Assembly: GCA_036172245.1 (NCBI GenBank)
Contig: JAYWIR010000004.1
Span: 1,488,001-1,552,000, forward strand
Length of the DNA: 64,000 bases
From: Raillietiella orientalis
Lineage: Eukaryota
Reading direction: 5' to 3'
Within the stretch, counting starts at the first letter, position 1. Each line of letters opens with the position of its first letter. Shown piece after piece: positions 1 to 12,479 of the stretch. The translations under genes were made by a program, and so were the position numbers. Under the pieces are notes generated by a model. That model was not told where the DNA came from. It saw only the letters and a list, made by a program, of their open reading frames with translations, and searched no databases.

Positions 1-900
1 AGACGAAGGAAGGGAGGAATAGCTGCTTCCCACCACTTCCTCCTCTCCTTTCTTTCCTTCCCTGAGGAGAGCCACGCAATCCCGTGGAGCCAGGATGGGA
101 CTCCATACCCCAGGCAGCGCTCCTCAGCAAAGGATGCAGTCCTTCTCATCTTTTTTTCTTCGAAGGAGACGAAGGGCTTTGAGGGACAAGCGGGGTCTCT
201 CGCAAGCGGAGTCAGCTGCATCACGCCTCAGGGTCAAGAGAGGTTGCACGTCACGGAAGCTATCCCCATTCCGAGAAGGAAAGGGTGAGAGAGGAAGGGA
301 AGGTGTCTGTCGGACGCCGGTCTTTCTCCTCACCTCCTGAGGCACTGGAAACCGAGAGGCAGGGAGGGAGGTAATGACGAGATCGTCCCGAAAAAAACAG
401 TCTGGGTGAGGAGATGCCCACATCCCCTGTTGGTCTCCGCACGAAAGTAAGGAGCGCGGGCAAGGATGCCCCTGGCCCGAGGAAGGTGTCCGCCGCGAGC
501 GCGCTGTGCAGCTGGCCACCTGCTCGCCGCCTCCTTTGCCTGCGGACGGGAAGTCGACGCGCGCGCGCGCGCATCTCCGGGCCCACCTCCTCGCTTTCTG
601 AAAGGGTCCGCCCTTCGCCCTCCTCCCCGGAACAAAAAGCGAGCCCTGCGGCGGCTTCCATGAGCCGTCCGACTTGTTGCGGTTGTTCCGGGAAGGAACA
701 AAAGGAACCTGGCTGCGGTCTGTCCGGAGGCGTCAATGGCGCGCCTCGCGGGAGGTACCGCCGCCCTTGAAAGAAGGCAGCGGTTCCTCCTCGCGCGTCG
801 AAAAATTACCCGTCTGCGCAGCGCATCCTCCCGGCCAGCAATTTGCTCCTCTGACAGGGACCACAAAGAGGTCGCATTTTTTTTTTCCAAAGAGGAGCAT
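1..900 (-). mobile_element. Degenerate non-LTR retrotransposon 5' part (GC-rich ORF1-like region followed by APE endonuclease N-terminus), runs off window edge
   Basis: Minus-strand frameshifted translation gives IASV(N)VQ, D-x-ILC(LQE) and GGSGG/AAIL in the order expected for the APE motifs (SxNVxG, DIxxLQE, GGVAIL); boundaries approximate. Confidence 0.4.
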
Positions 901-1189
901 CGGGCACTCTCACCGGGCGCTATTCACCTTCTCCCCTTCCGACGGAGAACGACGGGAATCCATCCCGCTTATAGATTGATGGTGACGCTGACTAAACGGG
1001 GAGCAACAATGGTCACGCAATGACACCACGAGCCACTCTTCGCTTCGATGAATTGTGGGCACGCTTGATGCGCTGCTCCAGGGCTGGGAGATGAGTCTAT
1101 CTGCGACCCGATGAACCGAGACCGGCCTCCATCTAGACGTCGCGGTTGGGGGCGAATTCGTTTGCATTTCGGGAGCATCCCCCTCCCCT

Positions 1190-2750
1190 CCCCCCCAAAA
1201 AAAAGTGAAAAATAAATAAAACCAAACAGTGGAGGGACAGACGAAAAAAGAAGGACCTGTAGCGTGGCTTGAGAACAGATGGAGCTCACCGCTTCTAACG
1301 GAGGGGATTCGCTCAGTTCGCGCTCGCGGAGCGAGATGGTGCCTTCGGAGAGAAGCGCAGACGACGAGGGACAGGAAATAGAAGCCGGTGCAGGCAGTCA
1401 ACAGCCTCATGAGTGATTCCAGCGAGGATATTGAGCAGGAAGCGTTGAGGACAAGGAAGCTTCGCTTCCTAAGCACCCAGGGGTTTCGCTTGCATCCCTC
1501 TCGCACGCGTCGCCGCGCGATCCGAGGATCACTCGCTGACGAGGCGACATCTCCGGGCAGACCAGCTTCATCCAGGACTGCCCGACTGGAATTCTGCTGA
1601 TGACGCGAGAGGCACCCGCTGAAGCAAACGGAGCACACGAAGAGTGCACTGGAGAAGCGTACTGGGGCAGGTTCCTGTTTTTCTTTGGTGACGGAACAGA
1701 GGTCATGAGGAAGCACACCAGCCAGATCCTACCAAAGATCGAAAATCAGACGTACAGAAGCAGGAGATGAAATCTAAAGATGACCTGGATGCAATGCGGA
1801 TTTGGAGGTAGCATGGAGCCCACCCAATATTTCCATGAATCTAACCGGATGACAGAGTCGTTGGGATGCTGTTGCTTAACGTAAGGCGGCGTGAATGCAC
1901 TATCGTACAAAGCACCCGGATCATAGAAACACCACGTTCCGTGTCGGGAAGCAACGGACTTCGGGGCATTTTCTGTGCAACACTTTCGGCTTGCAGACGT
2001 GACGAACTCAACATCTCTGCACGTGCGGGTGTCGCCCACTCTTAGGTGGCAACACTCGGTCCCAAAGATGAAAGGAATAGCTAAGCTAGGTGAGCTAACA
2101 ACCAGGCGGTCCCTGATCACCCTGGGATACTGAAGTTGATGGGCCGCCAGCCCGACTTTAGAAACAAATTCGAAAGGCGAAGCCAGATCTAGTGCTTTGG
2201 GAGAAGGGAAAGTAGTCATGGTGCTTGCCCTCAAGAGTATTCACCGACGACTCTCGCCGAGGCAATACAGAAGAAGCGGAGCGAGCGAGAAAGATCGTCG
2301 TGGAGCCTCTGGGATCACCGTTTCCGAAAAATGGTGAAGTGATGAGAGGGGAATTCATCATTCCTCAGAAGCAGGCCTGGCAAATCAGGAAAGAAACGCA
2401 AATTCTGGCATTCCCGCGTATCGGGAACACCGGATGGGTCCACGCCAGTAATGGAAGAGCCTTTCAAAATCAGGAACAGTTAAAAGGAAGAGAAGGAAGA
2501 GGAAGATGATGGAAGTTCAAACTGATGTAGTTAACCAAATGTCGAGCAGAACGATTGAAGAAAGCAAGGCTTCGAGTCCACAAGAAAGCGCGCTCTTTTG
2601 GCAGACGCAAAGGATCTTCTGGACGATAATGGCAAGCACATTCTGTAGAAAGTGTTGAAAGATCCTTGCTGAATAAAGCAACTGAGGACCAACAAAAAAC
2701 GGTACTTTAAGGAACGAGGTTCATACTTCATTGAAGAACCTTCTTAGTAT
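1190..2750 (-). mobile_element. Degenerate L1/Tx1-like LINE, 3' part of ORF2 plus T-rich 3' UTR
   Basis: ~2450-2545 is clearly homologous to ~50790-50885 (RHLVNYISLNFHHLPLPSLPFN vs KNLVSHIGLNFHHLSLPSLPFN); EGCKRNP near 1490 aligns with DCKRCG of the zinc finger in the 61391-62160 copy. Confidence 0.65.
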
Positions 2751-2999
2751 GGCTAAGCACTGCGGTTCTCTGACTAATAACAAGAGGGATGGTGACTCAT
2801 GAGATTCCATGATTTCGAAAGCAGACTCCCTGCCTAATGCATCTGAACTTCAGCCTTCCCACTGCTTCCTCGATGCACGACCTCCTATGATGAGGAAGTT
2901 GGATTTCCGAGGCACCTTCTCTGAGGTTCACAGGAAAGAGTAAATCTACAGCATAAGAAAAGAAGAGGCGACGAGGAAAAAAAAAAAAAAAATCAAATG

Positions 3000-3700
3000 T
3001 GATAAAGAAAAGTCATGAAGGTGATGATCATCCCAACCGAAATCTTTGGGCTTTCATACTTTACTTTCGGAAAGAAATCAGCTTCCGTTTCCTCCCTGGG
3101 CACTCCAGCTTTCAGTTGCAACAGATGCTCTCGGAGATTTCCTAGAATTGAAACTTGTGGCGAATCGGAGGATAGTTGCTTGACAACCATTGCTCATCCA
3201 TGGAAAGGTGTTTCTGGATATTCCTTGCATAACTAGAGCAAGGATGTTTCTAAGAATTTGAATGCAACCAAAATGCTTTAAAATCTATTTCTAGCTCGCC
3301 ACGCTCAATGGAAATGTTTTTTTTGAGCGTAGGTCAGCGTTCTTGCTGTCTTGCAGAATCTGTTTAATGTCAACTTTGCTGACCTCACTGACAGCAAACT
3401 GAGCCCGGGATCAAAAGTTGATCATGGATCTCTTGATTCCAGAGTTTTTCTACAAGCCTATTCCACAGTATGTCGGTAGAATTCTTGAAAGCAGATGGAT
3501 GAAGCTCCAGCAGAGACCAGATGCAGCTTTGCTTTACGGCTTCCTGGATTTCCTGGTGTGCACAAAATGGACGTCGCCCAAGTGAAAGCACATGGAAACG
3601 GTGTGCCGATTCCATGGCTTCAAAGTCATCTCGAAGCACAAGGAACCCATCGGGAACTTGCGGATCTGTGGCTTGAGCAATGAAATTTCGTTCCCAGTTC
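3000..3700 (-). mobile_element. Decayed CR1/L2/Jockey-type reverse transcriptase fragment
   Basis: Ordered motifs on minus strand: IDFKAF (DFxKAFD), GISRNTFPWMSN (GIxGxxLxWI), QVSILGN...LKAGVP (GVPQG region); many frameshifts. Confidence 0.6.
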
Positions 3701-4499
3701 TTGGGAGAGCTTTCTTTGAATTGATCTCATGCTATCCAGCCCCATGCTTTCCAGCATGCTTGCCAAAAAAAAAAAAATATCTCCCCGCATTTCTGTGGCA
3801 GTTGCAGTCTGGCAAAACAGTGATCTGAAGAAAGTTTCCTTGTGATCCGACCGGACCAATCCTGGAGAGTCGGGTGTTGGCATATGGCGTGTGAGCTGTC
3901 CGAGCCATGCGAGCAATCGAGCAAATCAGCGTTCCTTCTGGACTGCTCTTTGCATGAGTAGTAAGAGCGGCTACATTAGCACCCGAAACTGGTACTATTA
4001 CTAGAATGTACCAACACTCAAACCACATCCTTCATTGTCATCAAGTCGCAATTGAATCTAGAACCATCGAATGCATGAGTTTTCACGAATACCTTGCAAC
4101 GTCGAGTATTTCTTCAATTCCCTTTCTAAGCATACCCATTATGAGCGTATACACAATAAATAAATGTACACGACCGAGCGTATTCACGTACCACGGAATA
4201 CACTCCATTTCAAATCACGGAATGAAACCTCGTTCGTTCTCGGAAGCAAATGCAGCTAAATCACTTCAGGAAGCAGGCAACAGGTTGCAGGACATGACAA
4301 CAGTTTCATCAAATTGCAGAAAGAATAAAATTCGAGTCGAGATCAACCATCTTGAAGCTTTTCGTGAAATGGGGAGTATCTAAAAGGGGGGGAAGAGAGG
4401 GGAGCAAAATTCCTTTTCGTGCGCAAGTGAACAGTCGTGCCAATTAAGACTACAGATGCTGCGAAATGACTGGAGGGATGAATTTTTTATACGACTAGC

Positions 4500-4720
4500 T
4501 CTGTTTGCATCCCCGCTTTCGAAATTCCGGTCTTTCCACAGCAGTTTTGAGTGCCGAGAGCCTTTGCACTCGAAACCCTGAAGGAGAGTCCTTAACCAGC
4601 TGGAATCGGCTCAGATTGTTTACAGGGTTCGGATGGGAAAGGACCCCTAAGAATATCATAGTACCATTTATTGATCGTGATGGTGCACTGCCACTTATGA
4701 TGCTGTGAGCACCGAACAAA
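4500..4720 (+). mobile_element. Possible decayed RT fragment
   Basis: FTGFGWERT followed by VPFID resembles QxGFRxGRST...xFID; weak. Confidence 0.25.
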
Positions 4721-5749
4721 GGAGGATTAGGAGCTATGCGTGCCTTTTTCTCAGAAATAGGGATTTGTGAGCGAAACGTTTATCTATACGAAGATTATCG
4801 TCATCAAGCAGCGCGCAGCCTAGATGTCCTTCTTCACTTGTATGTAGCATCCTGGAATTTCGTTCAGTGTTTTTATAATATAGATTCTTATGGAAATCAT
4901 CAGCGAAAGCTAATAAGTCAAAGAAGAGGATGGGAAATGCATGGAGCCATGTGAGAGCAAGGTAATTTTCAAGAAGGTGAGTGCAAGAAATTGACCTGAA
5001 CTCACCACGAAGCAAAGCACATTGCCAACAAACATAAATCCTGGGGCACAGAGCGCAGCCACTGTAGCGAAGCATTCATGGCATGCAGTTCCCGATCCTG
5101 TAGCGGGTTAACTCCTTAAGAGTAATTAAAAGCTCCAGAGGCTAATCCAAATTCGTCCACTCCAACTGAAGAGACTTATCGAAATCAATTTGGGTTTCTT
5201 CCATTCTGGAAGGAGGAGGAAAAAAAAAAAAAAGGACAGAATGATCGTCTGTAGGTGTCTCCTTTGTTTGCCAACGCTAACTCCTCACCACAAAGTGAGT
5301 TTTCTCAGCAACACGCCCGGCACTTCCAAGCCCAGAAAAGGTTAAGTAATGGATGATGAGAAGGAATTCAATAGCCTGGATTCCCTGGAATCAATAAATC
5401 TTGAACGCGTTTTGAGAACTCGTGTTTATAACTCGCGTCAGGAGGATAAAAGGCGGAGGAAGCGAGCGCTCTCAGCGCTGTCTATTCTGTTGTTTCTTTT
5501 GAGTTCATGGTTTCCCGATTCATAATTCGACAGCTTCCGTAAGACATGCTGAATTTCAAAGCTTTGGGATGAAGGAGCATGAAAGGATCAGCAACCTTTT
5601 TTCGTTTCCGTTTTTTTTCTTGTTTTCCTAGTTCCTTGCAGACTCAGAACAAATGATTGGCCAAGGGAAGAAATCACAGAGCATGCTAATTCTTTTGCGC
5701 AAAAAAACTTTTTTGGTTGATTCTGGTTGAGAAATGGACAGCACTCGAG

Positions 5750-6050
5750 CCGCATTTCTGGACGCAAATTACCTGTAAAACATAGCAACTCCACAGCATC
5801 CCCAGGAAGACAGCCTCGTTTCGACTAACCGCCTACCTTTGTCGGAACGCATTGCTTTTGGATCTGGCAGCAGAACAACTCGAGCCTTGGATTATGAGAG
5901 GGAAAGTTGCACAAAGAGGGGAAAGGTGTGTTCTTGCTTTGATACATCTCCAAACCAAGAGTTTTGTGCAGAGAGACTCAACACAGGAATTGCTGTAGGC
6001 AAAAGCACCGACAAAGACAGAAAAGAGGAAGTCTCTTGAAAATGTCGACA
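5750..6050 (+). mobile_element. Possible decayed RT fragment
   Basis: LSERIAFGSGSRTTRAL...CFD resembles LSxxQFGFRxGRSTxDAL...xLD; weak. Confidence 0.3.
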
Positions 6051-6332
6051 GGCTCATGCTGTTGTAATGTACAATCAGGATCCGCCTGTCCGAAAGAAGT
6101 TAGCAAACTCGAAAAGCCTTGAAGTCCTTACTCCTGTCCCCAGTGAGCTAGTGACGCAAATTCATTCGCATCAGTGAAGTTGCTCATCAGTGTGTCCAAA
6201 AAAACACCTATATGTTCTCTAATTATACATTCGCTTCTGCAAGTCATGTGTATATGAGAAGAAACATGCATGCAAGAAGTCCTGAATGATCTCGTTATGC
6301 CATCCGTCATGATGCACAGCTTCGTTGTCTTT

Positions 6333-6968
6333 TGGAGTGCGATGCCCTCCGGGAACTGTGGCGGAGGCTGGCAGCAGCACTTCTGTACCAGGACACCGCC
6401 CGAGATGTGCTCAGGCGGTTCTTCCTGCCGGGAGGACTGTCGATTGGCGCGATGGTCGCAGCCATGGGTTGCATCCGTGACGTCGCCACTGCCCGTCATC
6501 TACTCGAGACGATCAGGCAGCGGAAAAAGGTAACCGGGATGGCAGCCGCCTAAGTGAGGACGGCTGCAAGGTGTCCTCACCAGGGACAAGGAGTTAAGGA
6601 GGAGATCGCCGGAATCCAGAGCCGCTATCAGGATAGCTGGGAGCGGCCGACACTAATAATCCTTGTTCCCTACCTCCCTTTATTTTTTGTTCTCATTCCT
6701 CATTCCCGTTTGCTCCGCAACTTACTCGGTGTTTTTCTTTTTACCTCGGTGCACACGGAGCGAACCCAAAGGTCCCTGCCCCATCCCAACGCAGTTATTT
6801 TTTTCACTGCCCTCCGATTCCCCTTCCCCGTTTCGGACTTATGGTTATTCCGACCTCTGGGTCGGTGGACCCTCCCCTTGAACTTTTGTCTTCGGTTGGC
6901 AATCAGTGTGTTCCCAACGGGTTTTTATTTTTTATAAAATAAAAGCCCCGGCGTAACCGGATGAAAAA
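6333..6968 (+). mobile_element. 5'-truncated L1/Tx1-like LINE copy with TSD
   Basis: ORF ECDALRELWRRLAAALLYQDTARDVLRRFFLPGG matches the 61719-62123 ORF (DCGVLQGLWRRLASALLLQGDTARDLMRRFFTPGG); 3' UTR ends AATAAA(6938)...CCGG-CGTAA-CCGG-ATGAAAAA; flanked by CTTCGTTGTCTTT (6320-6332) and CTTCGTTGCCTTT (6969-6981). Confidence 0.85.
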
Positions 6969-7299
6969 CTTCGTTGCCTTTGTTTTTATTCTCACCCTCC
7001 AGCTTCAGAATGATACTCATTTGAACTTTGCATCCTCCAGAATACCTGTGTGGAGTGCCAACCCAGCTTTGCAAATCAAAGCGTGCAATAAGCTTCCATG
7101 ACAACTTCGGAAACTCTGATTCTTAGCTGGCAGTTTTCCGGGAGGAATGTCCACTCTAGAGACCATCCCACCAGAACCTCGTACAGGGATGCTGAAGCTT
7201 GAGATCCCCAATCGTTCTGCTGGCCATTACGAGTCGAACCGGTGCGCTCCTATCGAGTCTCAGTTGCCACTGTTTCCCTACTTTGTGCTCCTAACTGGT

Positions 7300-8600
7300 A
7301 CAGAAGAGAGGAATCAAACCTGGTGGTGGAGGAGAGCATCCGGTAGAGTACCTTATGAAAACACGCAGCGATGTGCTAATCGCACTGCACAATAAAAAGA
7401 TGAGGTGTGCCAACTCCCAGGTATCCCATTCCTCCCGCAGTTCGCTAAGCACCAGCAAGATGAGGTCCCTTTTTGAGACGTCGAGGCCGTGAAAATGCCT
7501 TCCTCCCCCCACCAGTAAGCACTGCCTCTTTTCTTCGGCCATGCCATCACTTCCAATAGAGAATCTCCGTAGCGCTGCGTTTCCTTAGGGGGCTCACAAA
7601 GTCCTGTGCTTAGGGTCTTTTTCTTCCGACTCCAGAGATTCGTCCAGCCAGATCCGATTACCCGCCAGGGCCGGCGGCATCGGAGAGAGCAATGTCGAGC
7701 CTCACGTTCAGCTTCTTTCTTCTTCTTTTCTTTTTCCTCCGTTTCCTGAAGCTAAGAGCTAAACACTTTCACTTTGGAGTGGGGCAACTCCAGTTCGCTC
7801 TTGGTTCAAGCCCTTTGACATCGGCGGCACACGCCTTCTCAAGATCACCAGAACGACGACGCGCGCGAGGCGCGCGAGCTCCAGGGGAGATGAGCCCACT
7901 GGCTAAACCGGAAATCACAGGCGGGTACAGCGAACTCAGAGGGGAGGATGAAGCGGCATTCCGGTGCAAAACGGCCATCAGCCCTTCCCCCGAAACTCGC
8001 TCACTCAAATTCTCGCTCCCCCTCCTCCACTCTCTTCCTTTCAGGAAAAAAAACGACCAAAATTGTGCTGGAGACTGTCAGTCAATGCTACCAGTGCTGG
8101 AGAATTCCTAAGCCCTCGGAATCCAGCACCTGACCTGCATCTCTTGCGAAATTATGTCTGTCTCTAGGAAACGCGGTCGGATCAGAGATTTTCTCTGCCT
8201 TCCTCTGAACCACTTCCGCATTTGTTCCGTTTACCCTTCGCTTCCGGTGCTTGAAGAATTGCAGACTACCTGCAGAAGCGAGCTCGGACATCAAGCAATC
8301 ATGGCCTCGTTTGGGTCTTTACCTCTGCTACTGGATGCTGAGTTCTTTAGTCCATTATCAGTGGAGATGAGGTACAGTTTCAGCCTAGAGACGAACCGCG
8401 CCATCCGACTTGCTTGGGTCAACCATGTCGAAACATTAGGGACTCTTCGTGACAGACATGCCGCATGCCCTGCCCTACCTCCGAGCTTTTAAAGGAGCGC
8501 AACATCCGAATCTTGAAACTAATTCCTTGGCATAGCTCTAAATCAGAAACATTTGTTACTGGGAATTTTTGTCCCCGACATTCTGCACCACTTTCTCAGC
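7300..8600 (-). mobile_element. Degenerate LINE ORF1 (gag-like) and possible APE start
   Basis: Minus strand LRSFKSSEVGQGMRHVC at ~8450-8500 looks like an eroded CX2CX4HX4C knuckle; basic tract RKRRKKKRRRKK at ~7710-7745. Confidence 0.4.
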
Positions 8601-9618
8601 TCCTTTCCTGACTCATCGTCAGTGAGCGGGGAGCGAGTTGCTATCCTTCCTTAGAATTCCCTAGCTGAATTCATGCCTTCCGTTTAGAGGCCGGATCACC
8701 CGTGTTCCCACGCAACCCATCCAGATGAGACGCGGCGTTCTCAGAAAGTCTCGACAACTCGCGGAGACGATGCGTGTGTCTAAGAGAAATTGATGATTGC
8801 CTGGGGAATCGGATTTGCAGATAGTTCTCAGAATTCACCTTGAGGGTCAGACAGCAAGCAAGTAAACAAACAAAGGATCAAAGCAAATGAATGCTCTCAC
8901 GTGGTGGTGATGCGCTCCTCTTCCGCAGCAGAGTTGCACCGAAGAGTTGTAAGGGAATTCCACTTCCAGTTGCTGAAGGGGAGTTTCTTTCACCAAAACT
9001 TGCAGATCTGCTTCAGGGTCGTTCTTCCCGCCTCAGCTTCTACCTTTCAACAATAACGTGCCAAGGAGTCACTCCTTGTTCCCATTTAAAAATCCATGGT
9101 GACACCTGATGGTCCAACTGAAGAGGAGAACGACTTCGAGGAGCGACGTGATCCGGTTCGAGGAGATTTCTGGAGTTGGCACCGCAGGAAGTCCTTCCTG
9201 CCTTTGCTTTCGGTTCAAGGCGACACCGGCAAAAGTTTACTTTGTGCTCATGTGACCAAGGTGTTGTTTTCTCGACGGCTTTTATAGGTTGACCTTTGGC
9301 GGAATGATGGTCGTGTGATGCTCTATTGTTTATGGAGGATGGGGCTCAGATGCCCGTGTGCTTTGTCCACATGTACGAAAAAAAATCCAGACCTGCCTTC
9401 CACCGCTTCAAGATTCTGAGAGCTGTTTCGGCATTTCCTCCGTGTTCGCCGCTTCAGAGTTCAGTGTTCATCTTTCCATCCTTCACTCTTGCCCACCTTC
9501 ACATATGCCACAATGCATTGCAGAGGCTGTTTTGAAACGATGGAGCATCTCGCATCAGTACAACGCGAGTACGCTGTATCACTACAGAGCAACCATTTCA
9601 AGCTGATTTGGAAGTGCG

Positions 9619-9633
9619 CGTGTGTGTGTGTGT
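9619..9633. repeat. Short (GT)n microsatellite
   Basis: gtgtgtgtgtgtgtg seen directly. Confidence 0.8.
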
Positions 9634-12479
9634 GGAGAGGGATAGGGGGTGAGATTAACGAAATTCTTGGGTTCCCACATGAGGAATTCGGGGACAATCT
9701 CCAGAAATCTCCTGCGTTGCAGCTCAGATTGAATCGGTTAGTTGTGGCGATCCGAATTTCCGCGTGCCAACCATTAAGGTTTCAAGAATCCAGATCTCAG
9801 TCTCCCACAAGACAGACAAATTTCCACTCTAAAAAGCAACTGGATGCTTCCACTACTGGCTGATTCAAATCATTCCCGAAAACCACAACCTTCAGATATA
9901 GAGGAAACGGATGATATCAAACTAGGCAGTTGGTTACGAGGTGCTCAGTCCCTACTTCCGAGTAACCGTAAAGTGAAACTCAACTCTCGAGAACCCATCA
10001 AAGTTTCTTTCACCACTTTAACCCCGGTTACACATGACATGTGATGTTTGCACCCTCGACCCTTCAGAGACCACTTTTTCATTCTAGAAAATTCCGTCAT
10101 TTGTGCATTATGGAATTGCAAACTGTACAATTCTTTTGAGCGATTGTCTGACCAGATCCAGGCCTCGCTTCGTTCTGATGAGCCGCTCCTGTTCACGGGA
10201 GATGGAACTTTTCAGGACGGAGAAAACCTTTGGGAGGTCCTCTTCTGCGCCAGAATTATAGAATGGCTTTTGAAGAGAAACTGGGATGATGGAGGGAATT
10301 AATTTTTTGGGAGATAGGTTGATTGTTGGAATAGAAAGTAAAAGGGTTGATAGAGCGAAAAAAAAAGTCAGTGAACTCCACGGCGCCAGCAGACTGCACG
10401 GAACACTCGTCTGATCCGATCGACTTTGTTTTCCGAGCAATGTGAAAGCAACGTGGAGCAGTTGTTGCTTCCTGTGCAGAACGAAAAATTCCCTCCTTTT
10501 AAGGATTCGGCAACTTGGAGTTTACTACGACATCTATGGAGTGGGAAGTGAAGGTCACTACTTCATGACTCCCCTGTTTGGAACGTGTCTATCGTAGAAT
10601 AGGAGAGAACGGCAGCATCCCCTTGACAGGAATGGAGCTTGTCTCGAATAATGGCATGAGAGACAGCAGATGATCTCAATCGATGAACTCAGTAATCTCA
10701 ATATCTCGACAAATGATCCAGGACTCCTCTTCTTCGCTGCCTTTCTTTCTTTCTTTTTTTTATTTTATTTTTTATTTTTCCATCTTTAAGTGCGAGTCAG
10801 CGAGCATCACGTGGCCAATTGCACATTGGATCCTCCCCTATAAAAAACCCATAACCGCAGCGTATGGGACGGGTAAGACTTTGAAGGATGATTTTCTTTT
10901 TCATTCTAAAAGCTTCCTTACACTTTCGTCCACGAAAGCACGCACATCTGAGAAAATTCAGCATGCTTTGCAGCAGAATAAAGTGCAACTGCTTTTTCCT
11001 TTTTTTGTCAGGACCACGTAACCACGGCCTTTGAATGCCAAAGAAAGGAAGCCCAGCAGATACACAAAGGCTTTGCTCTTATACTTGTGATCAGTTTAGT
11101 GTTTTATTGAGAATTTGCTGTATCATTACTGGCCGCTGAGTTAATAGTCTGCGTCTGCCCCTCCTCAGATTTCATCAATCATTTTCTTCAAGATGAGGGA
11201 GGAAGCGAATAACAGCCACTTCTTGTGTCCGTAAAGAATAGATGAAAATGTAGCAGCAGACAAAGAATTGCTCTTCAGGAATGTTTCAATATGGGAAATT
11301 CTATCCACCATTGGGTTCTTCAACAGCATCTGTCCTCATAACACACGGAGCTCAATAAGCAATCAGTTATTCAGATGACGAATTTTCAGAATGAGTGAGA
11401 ATAAATTCTCACATTACTGTTTCGAAAACTGCGAAAGCCTTAGATGAAGCTGATAAGGTAAATGCAAAAAAGACTTCACGTAACCATCATTGAGAATGTG
11501 GAAAGTTGAAAATTATTGTGTCTTCAGAATGTTTGTTGTGCGTGAAGCAGACAACCATAAGGAACATCACAGCTGGCTGCAGATGCACTGCATTCTTGCA
11601 ATGCCATCCAAGCACCTGGAAGCTGGCTGTAATTAGCAAACTTTGATCAAGGAACAGTGCTCTATGAGATGGAAGCTGTAAAAAAATTTTTTTTTCGTGT
11701 CAGTGGACAGCAGGAGAAACAGTTTTGAGAATGCATCCATGATTCTTCGAGGAAGATTTCCACACACGACGGAAGTGCATGCCTCTTAACGTCAACGGTA
11801 GAAGGACGAGGTGTATTTTTAATTTAACGACTTGACCCGCCCTTTTTGAAGATTCTGGCACAAGATCGATGGGGACAGTGTTTCTAGAATTCTCTCCCTG
11901 TTTAGCCAGGTTTGCAATGGGGCAAAGAGGAGCATCGATCGAGAAGCGATGCCACCTCGTGTGGAGATACAGTGCTTCTTAGGCTGTAAATATCAGTGCG
12001 TGTACTAACCTGGGATTTGGAACTGAAGGTTGACTGTTCACACACGCGTTCTTTGACCCGAGGTGGACGGCTCGGAAAGCAGCCGCCGGCTTGGAGGGAA
12101 AGTCAGCCTCCATTTTCAGACCCAACCGATACGCACGGATGCCCAACACAAGCAGCTTCCTTCCATTCCGCCGCAGTTCCATCTTTTTCTTTTCTTTTTT
12201 GGAAAAGCTCGTCGCCTGCCCCAAACTTTGCGTGTTTGGGATGAAAGCGGATCCCGGCAGGAGCGGCAAACGGGAAGCGCCGCTCCGATCCTCGAAGTTG
12301 GGCACATCTCGAAACCATTCAAAGCCAAAGAGGGTTTCTGCGAACGACTGGTTGTCTTTCGAGTGTTTTCCGTTCTGTCAGAGGAACGCAAACGGCTTTT
12401 CTTTTCTATTCGTTGAAGTACCTTGCGCCTGAGGTCTCAATCCAAAACTGCCGAAAGCTAAAACGAATAGAAATAACAG

